From NCBI RefSeq assembly GCF_026571515.1, contig NW_026863267.1:62001-126000 (forward strand): 64,000 bases of DNA. The letters are read 5' to 3'. Every line of letters begins with the position of its first letter. Positions within the stretch are counted from its first letter, which is position 1. A program made the position numbers and the translations under genes. Positions 13,201 through 26,430 of this stretch are shown one piece after another. This DNA is from Ruditapes philippinarum (Eukaryota). The notes below the pieces were generated by a model, which saw only the letters and a list, made by a program, of their open reading frames with translations, was not told the DNA's origin and ran no database searches.

Positions 13201-13472
13201 TCAGTGCATCCATTATCTTTATGAAATAACTCATACCTTTGTATTTAATACATTCTTGAAAGGTTGTATTACTTTTTTTCTTCAGCAGAAAAGTTATAGT
13301 TTGCTATTTTCCTTACTTTAAGTTCAAGATTGAGACTTTTTTCAGAATAAGAACTGTTTTCACGACAACAACAGAAACTTTTATCAAATTGTATGAAAGA
13401 TCATTGATTTCATTACACATAATAATAATGCCTATTAGTAATAAAACAAAGGAAAAAGAATCCTTAACAGAA

Positions 13473-13680
13473 GTCCAACACGGAAAACATGAAAATGTTG
13501 CACGCTCATTTGATTGAACCTGTTCATGGACGGTAGTGGTAACTGCAAGCTACCGTCCACGCCTCCTAGCACCGGCTTCAGCAGAATTCACATTAAACAT
13601 GAACTGGGAAAGTTTAGATTTTTTAACATCTGTGGATGTGTTTATATGGCGGTTTTATCATGGAACCTTCAATGTGACAC
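13473..13680 (+). mobile_element. Dispersed repeat family R2 (other copies 22795-22965 reverse and 32385-32570)
   Basis: Shared CCAACACGG...GAAAATGTTGCA...GGACGGTA...TACCGTCCACGCC..CTAGCACCGGCTT, with an internal GGACGGTA/TACCGTCC hairpin. Confidence 0.7.
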
Positions 13681-13994
13681 GTTATTGCCATTCTATGAAA
13701 AGCGGCATATTACCCCAGGTTAAAATTGCGTGTGCCCTGAACGAGAATACAATGAGTGAAACTAAAATAAAATGAAATTTTGAGAGGGGATCGGAGTTAA
13801 TGAAGCCTGCATACCACAGATAAGCTGTGAAAAGACACAGTTAAAAAAGCAGGCGATACGTACTCTAAGGGTGATTAAGTAGTATTTAAGTGAGAAATAC
13901 TGCAACCTTAACTTTTATTTTAAGGTGAATTTCCATCTACAATAATGTATTTAGTAAGTATTTACAAAAGGTTTGTTACGTTTTGCTTTCTTGG

Positions 13995-14225
13995 ATTTTA
14001 AGTTTCAACGACACTGAGGTCATGTGAAAACATTCCTGCTTAAGTGTAAAGAAAGACCCCATATACCCTTTGTGAAACTTGACTAGCACCTGACTAGAAC
14101 CACCGACCTTCCGTAAAGAAGCTTTATAAATTCCTCACGTACAAAGAAACCAAAGTGATGATGGGATTTCAACAACAGCAGTAAAAGAAAGATAATTTGA
14201 AATCGACGGCCTTATCCCGACTCTG
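13995..14225 (-). mobile_element. Decayed tRNA-derived (Meta-like) SINE
   Basis: TAGAACCACCGACCTTCCGT core shared with 28463-28483. Confidence 0.5.
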
Positions 14226-16377
14226 CTACTATTACGTACCTCCATCAGGCTCTCTGGAGAATATGTTGTATTTTTTCTGACCTTAATTCATACTCTATAA
14301 CTTTCAATCTTTCAATATTATTTTCTTTTTCAGAAACATGAAAACTTCTATTCAGAATGTCTGAAATAAAAAAAAAGTCTTTTAATTTAATAATGACAAA
14401 ATAAGCGTAACTTCAACAAAGAGGCATTCGAAATGACGCCATGCTCATACATGTACTTTGATTTGAATGCTTTTGGTTTGAGATGAGAAGGATATTTAAA
14501 CATTGTCTTTTTTCAAAATCTATGTTTTTGGTTTTCGTATCCCCGATTGCAACCGAAACCATTTAGAACAACTTTGGTAGAAAGTCATGTACATTTTCAT
14601 CACATTTAGTCAAGTAGTTACTGAGCGGATGAGATTGCACACACATGTGTACGACAGACGGACGAAAAGCCATCGGGCCAATAAGCTCACAGAGACTTAA
14701 AAGTCTATGTAACATTCATACATTTTACCTAGTATATACAGAAAATATCGAAGTCTAAGCTGTAACCGAAATCTGGGTATAAACTGTAACAAAATCAGAT
14801 AAAAATGGCTAGGTCTATGCTGTAACCCTGCACAAATCACCTCACTCTATACTGTAACATTGTTTATTTTATCAAACACATTTAACAAACCGGAAAATAG
14901 GTTCAACTGGTCATTTACTTTTATAAACCTTTCCTAACATAAAGGACTAACGTTTTGCAGATTTACTTTTCTAGGCATACATAAATGATGTCGGAATGGG
15001 AAAAAATGCGTTGGTCTCTCGATTCAAATTTTCAAACTGTCAAATCTGCATATTTTTAAGACAATACCGAGATAAATCTGCGGTGCAGAGTCTGAAGAAA
15101 TATATGACTAGATACCGGATTCTGTTCCTTACAAGCAAAGCACAAAAACATCCTTTAGAAACTAAACTACTTGAAGCATGGTCCTGAATAAAAATCACCT
15201 ACCTCTCTTCCCATAAATAATCCTCCATCTTGAAAATTCTATACTGAAACCGGAAAACGCGATACTGTAACACGTTTCCTACGATGTGGCTACGGCTTGT
15301 AATCGACTTGACTGAAAACTTTTTTTATACCGGATTTTGTTTATCGTGACTCTTGCTGAATGATAACTAATTTTCCAATCATTTGTTCTGATTTCAGCTT
15401 CTTCAATGATCATGGATTATGACTCTACTATTTTAAGGCACACCACATGTTTAGTGCTGAACCCTTTTTAAGTTTTTTTAAACACTACACTTTCCCATTT
15501 TGATTACATCTGACGGACAAAATGGAAGACTCTATGATTGACAGTTCTTAAAACCCCAAACGGGGCTTGAATTTTCAAAATTTTCGTCTTTGATCCTTTA
15601 TTTTGAAAACATTTTTTGTTTATTTATTGTCATTTAAACCCAAATGTTAGAATTTGCTTTGGTTATGTTTTAATTTTTTCACATTTTAAGAAAAAACATA
15701 AGCCTTAAATAAACCCCACTATGAAGTAAAAGAAATTTTTGTACAAAAAATTGTGTTCCTGGTAAGCTACATCATTATCACTCAAAAGATCCATTGATCA
15801 ATGGTTGCAACGAAGGAAAAGTGAAGTTAATTATGTTTTGTTGAACGCACATGATGTTTAGTCCAAACAATGTAAAAGTTTTGGAAGCTTACAATTTGTT
15901 TTAAAGGTAAATTATATAAAAAATATGCCTTTATTGTTATTTCTCTGCAGCTTTTTTATTTTTTATGTCTGGATATAATGTCGAAAACGTTCTTTATTGG
16001 CCATTCCACTGAACCACCTTCTGCATATGTTGCTTAAGCAATTAGAACAGTTTAAGTGATTTAGCAATTTTCATGGTAGTCAAAATACTTCGTTTACATT
16101 TTGCAACTTTTAGGACAAATAATTTCCAATTCTGATCGTTTCATGTAATAACCCACTATTTATAAGATATAGAACTCATGTTTGCATTTTCTAAATAAGG
16201 GGAAAATATTCGTTTCCGATATATAATGTGTCTTTTAAGGAACAGCTATTAGTAATTACTGAAAAATGTAACTTGCTCTTTATTGAACCTCTTATAATCA
16301 CATGACAAGCATATTTTTAAAAACTACTAAAAGTGAATCATTATTGTTTTCTGATTTACATATGTCTATTGTCTTAT

Positions 16378-16378
<1 letters not shown>

Positions 16379-16418
<40 letters not shown>
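16379..16418. repeat. (ATG/GAT)n microsatellite
   Basis: About 13 perfect units; accounts for the spurious poly-Met ORF 16302-16571. Confidence 0.95.
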
Positions 16419-16714
16419 CCGCTGCTTAGTTTAATTTTTAACCTCGTGTCAAATATACTGTTGACTCACTTAAATAGAAATTATAACAGTAAATTTCAAT
16501 GCCTTTTAAATTACTTATTTCATGGCAAGATACAACAAATTAGCAAAAAGAAGCTAAACGTATTCAAATAAACACTTTCAGATAAGGAATTAACAAAGTG
16601 GAATGTCCGAAAAACTTTTGAAACATCTGATTAAATAATGTGTAATTTCATTAGGAATGTCCAATAACATTTCGTCTTAAAAGTTGTGGCCTAAAAACGT
16701 CATTTGTGCAAATG

Positions 16715-18102
16715 CTAATCGGCTTTTAAAAGAACTCCGGTAAATAAGGACATATTATCTAGATAACCAGAATGTCCATCCATATGATTCACAAAGATTT
16801 CGTCACCGATTTTCGCATGAACTACAACTGTGTCCGACGCGCTGGCATGTTCACCATTTCCTGCAGTATTCGTGAATGGCCTTGCAATTCTCTTTCCATT
16901 TTTAACAATGTCCACACTCAAACGTCCAGCAGTATCCGAGAGAATGTTTAGGGAAAATAGATAAAGTCCGCTGATTGGACAATGGAAAATCCTGGTTGTT
17001 TGACTGTATGCATTGCCAGTATTTGTAATGACATCATCAAACTTTATAATTGACCGATTAGAAAATGGAAATTTTGTTGCAATTTTACAGAAAAGGCAAC
17101 TTGCTGCTTATTCTTGCTAACAACAACTGAAAGATTAAAGAAGTACATTGTTAACAAATAAAAATGTGAAAGCTCGAATGATTTTAGACATGTTCATGTT
17201 GCACATCACCTATGTATTGAATATTTGACACGCAGATTTAACACTGCTGTACTTAGGGGTTGCATCATTCGGGGGCCATTTTCCACTTCTGGTGGTCCTG
17301 TCACCTTCCAGCCGGTGTCGCTAAAAGTATTTGAATAAACGATCTCCTTTTCTAGTTATTAGTGTACGAGGATTGAATATCAGTATTAAAGGGTAGGTGG
17401 CACGTTGCAACAATTTGGATCTATCCACCATACCTCGAGAAATGTAAACGGATGTGTTCCTAATGGTCATACAAGCACACGGTATTCATTGGTAAATTAA
17501 AATAAGCTATTGGGCTTGTGGGTGCCCTTTCAACTTAACATTGTCATTAATTGTCAAGTTACTGGACAAGCAAATATAATATATTTCGGTTAAGTATTCT
17601 TCAAAACCTGTCATGAATAAAACCCTTGGTTTCCTTTCTATTGGAAAAGTTTTCCTATTCGTGTTTTAAATGCATTATAAGCAGTCTGTATTTTAAACTA
17701 TAAAATTCTAAACAGTATGTTAATGACCTTCATGTAAATATAACAGTTTTTAATTTGTCCCAACGGTGATATATACGTATGCAGTATATTGTCATTTGAA
17801 AATAGATACGCAGCTGATGTAAAACTTACCCTTAAGAAACAACATTAGCAGCAATGTCATAATAATCATTCAGAAATAAAACAAATGCGCTTACCGGTGC
17901 TGTTTATAAGTTGCGAATGGAGTGCTTCAAACTGGCCTTGTAGCTTATGAAGTTGAGACTCGAGTTGAAGTCTCAATGACTGTTCTTGCGATATGAGCTG
18001 TAGAAGAGCTAAGTGGTCAGAGCTCGAAATTGGCTCTGACTCAATAAACGCGTCCGACGCTGTTACAACAAATGCGTAAAATATCATCACTAAAATAGCC
18101 AT
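16715..18102 (-). pseudogene. C1q-domain-containing gene A (signal peptide + coiled coil + gC1q), frameshifted; exons 18102-17895 and 17126-16715
   Basis: Exon 1 reads MAILVMIFYAFVVTASDA...EQSLRLQLESQLHKLQ. Exon 2 reads QVAFSVKLQQN, then needs one extra base near 17070 to reach PFSNRSIIKFDDVITNTGNAY...CPISGLYLF...FTGVLLKAD*. Total 620 nt is not a multiple of 3. The TG.F glycine is replaced by R. Confidence 0.8.
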
Positions 18103-20702
18103 GTTTCCGTTTAGTATTTGAATACGTCGAGCACTAGATACACCGTACTATATATATATTTGATATTGTTTACTTAACTGCCGAATTTAAAAAATGAACA
18201 ATTTTAACCAATACCGTATATACTGTCTTTACTGGTGTTTAGGTAAACATGTTGCAATCTAATTAGATTTTTACGTTGGCTGGACGTCTACTTTGGTAGA
18301 CCGTCTCTTTATAAAGTTACATTTGACTACAGAATGAAAATTTAATTAAAAAAAACAAAAAACGAAAGGCATGCGGAAATGCATTCGGTACAACTCGCCA
18401 AATACGAATTATCAAAACGAGCTGGGGAAGCCACCTATGTTTCCGTTATCATAATTTAAATAATAATCATGTTATACAATTTTCATTTCGTTTCAAACTG
18501 TAGCATACGCCTTTGAGAATGGGATTCGAATATTAAAACATGCGGTTCCAATTGCCGAATGAACACATCTGCATATGATCTAAATTAAGAAATTCGATTT
18601 TTCATGTTTGGATGTTGAATCTGCTAAACCCTGGGCTATGAAATGAGGACGGTAGCTTTCATTTGAACAAGACAAATCAAACCAATTAGTTCAACCGGCA
18701 AAAACTTTAAATTTCAAATAATAACGTCTTCTCAAATCTATGATTGACGGGTGCTCTTTTACAAATTGTTTTACTGTATTTAACATAGTAGACGGTAAGC
18801 AACAACCTAAATTCCAGCTCTTCTGGCCAGTACAGAAATGTGTTTGTGTACGTATAAATTATAGCAGCGTTTACTAGAACAGTCAAAATAAAAATAAACA
18901 CTACCAAGTTACGCCTAGTTAATACTGATAACATACGTTATATATTTTAAACCAAACCGTCAAATACAGATAACAAGCGAGGTCTTAAGCACATGTAAAA
19001 TGGCTGCGAAGGAATGTGCACACAGTTGTGCACACTGCATACCTAATAAAACACTACCTCTACGAATGTCTCCTTAGATTTGCGCAGTTGTGAAAATTAA
19101 AATAAAAGGGGAAGCGTTACTGCACGGTAATTACATTCATTCCATACTAGTTCTCCATTTATACTGTGACAGGACGGGTACGCTTATATCAATTCCATGG
19201 GGCAAGCTTACCAATCATTGTGCCAGGAATCTTACACCACGTGTCTTATTGTATAGAGAGTGCTAAGAAGCTCGTAATGGTTTATCGTTATGCCTCGGAC
19301 ATTATAAATATTATCCCGAATAAACGATATATTAACCTTTAATAGACAAAGCATGAACACTATACTCTTACATTTGAACAAAAACATAAGGCATTAAAGA
19401 CATCATCTACCAAAATAAAAACCACGTCCTCACTTTTCTATATCAAAAGTTTGAATCCAGACCTATGTCAACACAATTCTATCCCAATAATTTCAAAAGA
19501 AAAATGCAAAACCATAAAATATATATATGATTGTTTAAATTTCTTGAAATTGAAGTTGTTTTCTAGTTTCTAGTGTTAAACAAATGGATAGATTGAAAAA
19601 TCCCGATGTTATTAACAGCTCTATTACCGATTCCTGTTGTCCGATGCAAAACAGTTCCCCTTAAATGCAGACAATGTGTCTACGCATGATTTCATTATAG
19701 CCTGTTTTAAGGTTAGCTTTCAAAAAAAAGCTAGTAGCGACTCGCATTGTCATTTATTTTTCATGCGGTGTGTTTAAATGCTCTTACAGTTTAACAACAA
19801 CCAGGATAATGATTGAATAAACAAAGAGGAACATTCCTTTAATAACGAGGGGGCAATTGGCCCAAAGCGGTCACATGAGGACTAAATGCATCCACATAGA
19901 AAGAATGAAGTTTCTACATATATGCACTTTCACTTTATGACCCGTTGAATATTTTTATATATAAGGTCGCAGTGACCTTGACAAATGTTTGTGGTAGGTA
20001 GAACTCATCAAGTAGTCTCTATATATGAAGTTTAATTGTCATTGTCATAGGTTAATTGGTATTTGAATGAGTGACAATAAGCACAAGTCCTGTACAAGTC
20101 TATTAAATCAAGTACCCTATTGGGTGGGGCGAATGTTGACTCACGGGGCATGATTAACATTTGTTTTGTATAAGTTCACAGGGCAATGCCACTTCAAATA
20201 TTTAAGCTCCAGGCATTTAGGTATCATAAATAAGACTTAAACATATTTTTTTTCTATGCAGGTTTATATAAATCATGACCCCATCCCCTTGGGGCGTGGA
20301 ACATTTTGATCAAAGGGACATGATTAAGAAACATGTACATTTTGTAGTGGTCTACAAGGCAATTTTTTAGTCATTTAAGTTTAAGAAAATAAGGCTTAAA
20401 TGTATGTTATTCCTAACTTAGTCCAAGTGTCCCCTTGACATTCATATGCAACAGACCGGAACCATTTGGACAACTTTGATTTTTTTGCTGGGGCGTTTTT
20501 GAAAAAAGCTTGGCACCCTTCACTGCTGTTAATTTACAGTCTGTTTGGGACACTGAATTTGAGAAAGTGACCCAGTTGGCTTATATAAGGTATGCAGTTC
20601 ATTCAGGTGTCTGCTTGTGCCTGAAATAATGCTTGAATGTGGCACCAGAGGTTTTATTTCACAAGTTAAAAAAGGCAAACTTGCTTTACTGGTTAAATAA
20701 AG

Positions 20703-20732
20703 CACGGATTTATATTACAATATAAATCCGTG
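20703..20732. mobile_element. 30-bp perfect hairpin flanked by a 7-bp direct repeat (collapsed TIR element)
   Basis: aataaag|CACGGATTTATATT-ac-AATATAAATCCGTG|aataaag. Confidence 0.7.
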
Positions 20733-23700
20733 AATAAAGGAAATCTAATTTAAGTGTAAATGTTATTAATTAAAAAAACACATGAATTATAACATTTTAT
20801 CATCATCATACTTGCTGCTTTTTAAAAATGGCGTTAAATAAATTTTGAAGTCCAGCTCAAACAGGTGAATCATATAAAAAGCTGGAAGCCAAGCTTCGGG
20901 TAAAATTTTGATGAATTTGGAGTTTTAAGGTATTTTCCTAAGTAAAATCCTAACGTAAATGAGGGAGTACACAGTTTCGATCGTTTAGTTTCGAATTTGC
21001 TAGGGTCAAATATACAAATGATAGACAATTTGGAAATTGAAGTTGATATTTGAGCTTCTAAATATTTACAGTTGCCATATTTCAAGTTTCAGTGGCTAGT
21101 ATTGTGATTCAGTTATTAAGCAAAATTGATTCTAGTAGTGTCTGACCCATACTTTTTAAGGGAGTACCTGTCAGATTCGAATATATTTTTCTATGGAGCT
21201 AGCTCTTAAATCAGCTCTTCAATTTAAAGGGTATGCAGAAGAATTAAAAAAGTGAAAAAAGGAGCTGCATATCAACCGGTTTGGATTTTATTTTCAGACT
21301 GTGCATTGTTTAAGAAAGAAGAAACAATGTAGCATGTAACTTTAATTATTTACGTTGATATAATTTTTATAGTTTTCTAAAAGGTGTAATTTTCTATTTT
21401 TGTCATTAATTTTCACGACAAAAACATTGAAAACCACGGGCCTGTGTGCCAAAAGACTAGAAAGTGGACATGTACTCGTATTGTTAATTGTTTACTGTGA
21501 GATATATATGTTTATGTTTATTATGAAATGCATTTATTTCAGGTGTGTGATTTCAGAATTGTGTGTAAGGTTTTGACGCAATCAGTTGTTTGCCGAGAAG
21601 CCTTGAAACTGTGTATCCCCCCCCCCCCTCTAATACGAGTCGGCATAAACTATTCTCATTACTTGTACAGTCCATTATTTGTATACGGAGATGAGAAAAC
21701 ATTGTCCTTCCATTTGAAGAGAAATGTTAGTAAAAATGATTTGCAACAAATCAAGAATTTAAATTGGGTCCCGAGATGAACAGCTGATAAAAGTGAATGA
21801 ATGTGTTATTGCTATTTTTGTTTACTATATTTTTTGTCCGCAGCTAAAAATAATTTCGGAAGCAAGAATTCCTTCCGGTTTCTATTATTTAAAGTTATTT
21901 ATTGGTTCCCTTTAGTGATTCGCAGCATGTCATATTAATGAATGAGGGCGGGATTATTTGTATTTTCTACAGGTAATAACTTATTATTTTGTATATTATT
22001 TTGTAGTACATAATGGGCAATGTATGTATTGAGTTAGAAAGCTGTAAATAGATTACCTGTCCGAAAATCTATTTATAGAAGTAGTTTCGAGTTATGGTAA
22101 TAAATAAAGAACTGGGGAATTTTGCAGGAATTCAATGAAATGCAAACATATTCAACAATAAATTGCACATTTTATAAATTTATCGAAAAAAATATAAGTA
22201 GGCCATTTTTTACGTATTGTTATTATATCATGGTATTATCATTTTGAAATTGTCTTTTCCGTAGTTTTTTTTCCGGTAAATTAATAGGTCCTTTATATTT
22301 TTCAGCCCTGATTGCACTTCTGACATTTTTTACCGTGAATATTAAAATCGACCTTGATTTTCCGATTTTTTGCTGTAAGAAGGTAATTCTATTTTGTTTG
22401 AAGGCATTCGGATTTACGATGTACTGTTGCCGAATACTGTGACATTTTAACAACAGAAACTATCGTCTGCAGTTTTAACATGAGGTGTTATTAGTTTATT
22501 GATACGAAAGTAAACACACTGGTTGGTCAGACGAGGATTTGGAAGTAATTCGACAAAATAGTACATTGATCTCCAAATAAATCAATTAACAATAGCTCTT
22601 TAATTATCACCAATGTCAAATAGCTTTTATATCTTTGACTCGCAGATGAATATGATGTTGGTGAATTTCCTCATACCTGTCTAAAATTCAGGTAACAAGT
22701 CTCCCATTTTTTTAATTGGGGACCATACGCCGCTTTTCATGGAATGGCACTAACGTGTCACATTGAAGGTTCCGTGTTAATCGCCGTATGAACACAACTG
22801 CGGTTGTTTTTAAATTAAATATTTCACCATTTTCATATTCTGCTTAAGCCGGTGCTAGGTGGCGTGGACGGTAGTTTGCACTTGACAGTACCGTCCATGA
22901 ACAAGCTCAGTCAAACCGAGCCTGCAACATTTTCAATTTTGCCGTGTTGGGCTTTTTTTAGGTATTCTTGTTTTTTTTTTCTATTTTTTCCATTGATAAA
23001 TAATTTTTCACCATATTAACATGCCATGCAAATTTATATCTGGTCATCAGATGTCTACTTGTTCATTTTCACTTGCTGCATGTCTTGCTTGGACGCCATT
23101 TGATACTTTGCATCAATGCCTTTCTTGTTATATCACGATATACCATTTGCCGCGAAACAAGTAAAAGACATCTTGAAAAATAAAGTCGATGAAACTTTTT
23201 GTTTTGGCTTATGTACATATGGATTTTTATATTTTGACCATGATTAGTTGTTGATATTTGTAGAAAATGAATACCATTGTAGGTGAAAAAAAAGTACATG
23301 CTTTGATATTTTTTTTATCTCATCTAATATTACTGACTACAGTAGTGACACAAACAGAACAATTCTGCACTACTGTCATGTCACACTACATTTACAATTA
23401 CTTTCCTTACCAGGTAGGCATCAGTGACAGAATATTTTTTTTAATTTAATACGAAAAGTATAATTATGCACATTCAAATGATTTACAAAACATCCGGAAT
23501 AAGGTACAATAGTACTTAATCTAAATAGACAATGACCTATGCGCAGGAATGATTTGGTAACATATCTGTTATGTGCGCATTTTTTTGCGCGGAGCTTCTC
23601 CATTGCTGCGTTGCAGCAATATTTGTACTTGTTGAACTTATATGTTTATTGAAAACTCGCAAAATAAATCGTGACACTCCGCAGTAAATCCTCCGTCTTA

Positions 23701-26430
23701 AAAATAATTCAAGACTCGCCTGCGAAATAAATTAGTTTCCTTTTAACATATTCAAGGTAAATAAAGATTTTATCTATAAAACTCCACTACATTTAATGTA
23801 TCAAAACCGATGAAAGAAATGTGTGAGCATAAAACCAATAGTTTTTCGAAAAGATATGTAAGGTGTCATGTCTTCACATTCAATTTGTCACGAATTCGCC
23901 TTGTTGAAAGCATGCAATGCTTTTGACATACTCGTAAACAACCAGACCCGCTTTTGTGCGACTCATTATAAATTGCGAGCACATTGATTGTTTGTTTTCT
24001 CAATTTCGGGATAAACAAGTGGTTCTTTTAAGTACAAAGTAGAAAGCATCATTTCCTTGGCACAGTCGCATTTCGGCTCCCCAGCTCCCCATATTGCGAC
24101 GGCCTATAAGAGTAATTTATTGTTATCGGGGATATGCATGCTACAGCAGTTGGCTCTTTTACATGGCCCGTGTAGGGTAACGATCTACTGAACCTCGAGT
24201 ATTTAAGTATTCTGCGAAAAGCCATAAATATTGCTAGTCTTGGAGTCGGGGATAAGATCTATTTACCCTGCATTATTTGGCGCCGTAAGCGGAAGTTGCT
24301 ATACCATGCTTTTATATCATTCAGAGATCAATGCTGATTAACACATCCTAAGTTTTGCGAAAAAGAGCCGAAAAATGCGATTGATAATCACACACCTTTT
24401 TTCGAATAAAAATATACATTGTATATATGAACGGAACAACAACCAAAACAGATTAATGTTGTCTATGTATAACTCTCTTATTCGATGATGAACTCTTTTT
24501 AGTTATTTGATGTCCACCGCTGAATAATATTAAGTTTTTGTCCACGTATTGTAAAGATCTTTAATTTTCCTTATACACCAAATTACAATTTGTATTAGTT
24601 TCAAAGGAAAAGAATAATTAACGTTTTCTTGAGGGTGTCAATGGAGTAGCCCGTATGGGTTTCGTGTGGCGAATTTAACCGGGTATACTTCTGTCATACT
24701 GGAGCACGCAAAGACGCTTCGATCTTTCGACTCGTTAAAGACTTATTTTATAAAGGAAACATCTTAATATATATTCCTTTGATTAGTTTCATTTAGAGTG
24801 AAAAATGTTTGTTCACAAAAATTTGACCTAGAAACTAAGATATTTGCATTTGAACATTTAGGTGACAATCAGTTTATAAATGCCACAACATGGATTTCAG
24901 TCAAAGCTAAAGTGTAATTTATTTATTTTTTAAAAAGCAAACATGCATGGGAAGTGTGATTTGTGTTTAAAGTTTTCGTTATCAGTATAAGGATATTTTG
25001 TTTTTCTAACGAGCGGCACCGCACAGGGTAAATGTAATCGACAGTGTAAATGAATGTGCAATTGATTATAGATGGAGCTTGGGTTTTTTGAGAAACCGAT
25101 TTGGAAGTTACTTGTTATAAAATGAATGTTAAAAACTTGCACCAATTGCTGTTATCTTAAGTTTAATAATGGTCCCAGTTAAACGAATCATCTCTAAATG
25201 CCTTGAACGAATATAATAGTTTTTATCGTACATAAATTATAAACATGGTACATGTAAGGGAATACATTGGGGAGTATTGGCCACACTTGTCGATAATGTA
25301 CTCGTGCATGTATGCGCCATAAACATTAACTTGTTATCCGAAGTTTAATTTTCTTCTTTATCCTTTGGTTATATGTACATGTATTGTATTCATTTTAATA
25401 CATTCATATAAATGTTGATAACTTTGTTTTATACATAACCCAACACTTTACATTTCTATATCAAACAATTACATGTACACATGAATAAATTATGTTACAA
25501 CATTATGACATTATTTGGCTGGTATAAAGAGAAAAAAGTTGACAAAAACCTTCCAAATACGATTTTAAAGTCGGATGTTAGTAACGTTTTCTACCTGTTT
25601 TATGTCCTTTGGATGACACAAGATTTCTTTCTTCGGGCCTTTGATCAAAGCTTACTTTGAGCACACACTTTGTTTATTCAATTTTTTTCTGGTGAATTAC
25701 CTAGGGAATATTTATACGATTAAACTGCATCAGCACAAAGCAATACATTATTATCTTATTGTCCATTATATATTTAGATGGCTATCAATCGAATTATGAT
25801 CACGGAAGTAGAGTAATGAAAACACAGAAGACACCGGAATATTTAGACGTGGAGTTGTTGGGACATATGATAATGCTAACGGATGTTTAACACCGCTCAG
25901 CTAAGACTGCACAAAGGTAGTAAATATGGTTATGCAATTTATTTCTTAGTTGCTGGGTTAATACAATGGACATGGAAACTTCATGTATGGTTTATTGGCA
26001 TTTTATTGGTTTCAATAACCAAATGATATAAACAAAGCAGACTACAGGTGAAACAAAAATATCTAAAAAAATATTCAAATAAGCAGGAAAAACATGGGAT
26101 TTTCAACTATAAATTAGGAGTTTGATTAAATACTTTCAGCATCAGATACATTTAAGATCATCAGTTCATGTCAGAAACTAGATATTAGACTTAAAGATGC
26201 ATACAACGTGCTTTTATCGTATTCACAGGAGATAATTTCATGAAATAAACAACAAAAGTTAAGCCTTTATAGAGCCTGGATAAAAATCTAAGATCATTGT
26301 CATAACTTTACAACACACTCTATATATGTTTTTATTGCATACATAGCAATTTTACAATGATACTTCAGAGCTATACAAAATATATTCTCGAACATTGTAA
26401 AGGGATAATGTTAACAAAATTATACGTCCG

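Larger units (their letters stand above)
12651..15286. mobile_element. 2.6-kb foldback DNA element: ~530-bp inverted arms (12651-13177 / 14754-15286), 5-bp TSD TGGCT
   Basis: tggct|CATCGTAGGAAACGTGTTACAG ... CTGTAACACGTTTCCTACGATG|tggct. Arms roughly 90% identical by eye; no transposase ORF inside. Confidence 0.85.

Noticed and set aside
12751-15187. Two near-identical ORFs on opposite strands (12751-12951 and 14996-15187)
   Set aside because: They are the two arms of the foldback element; no recognisable domain.
16302-16571. Poly-Met ORF
   Set aside because: Produced by the (ATG)n microsatellite.
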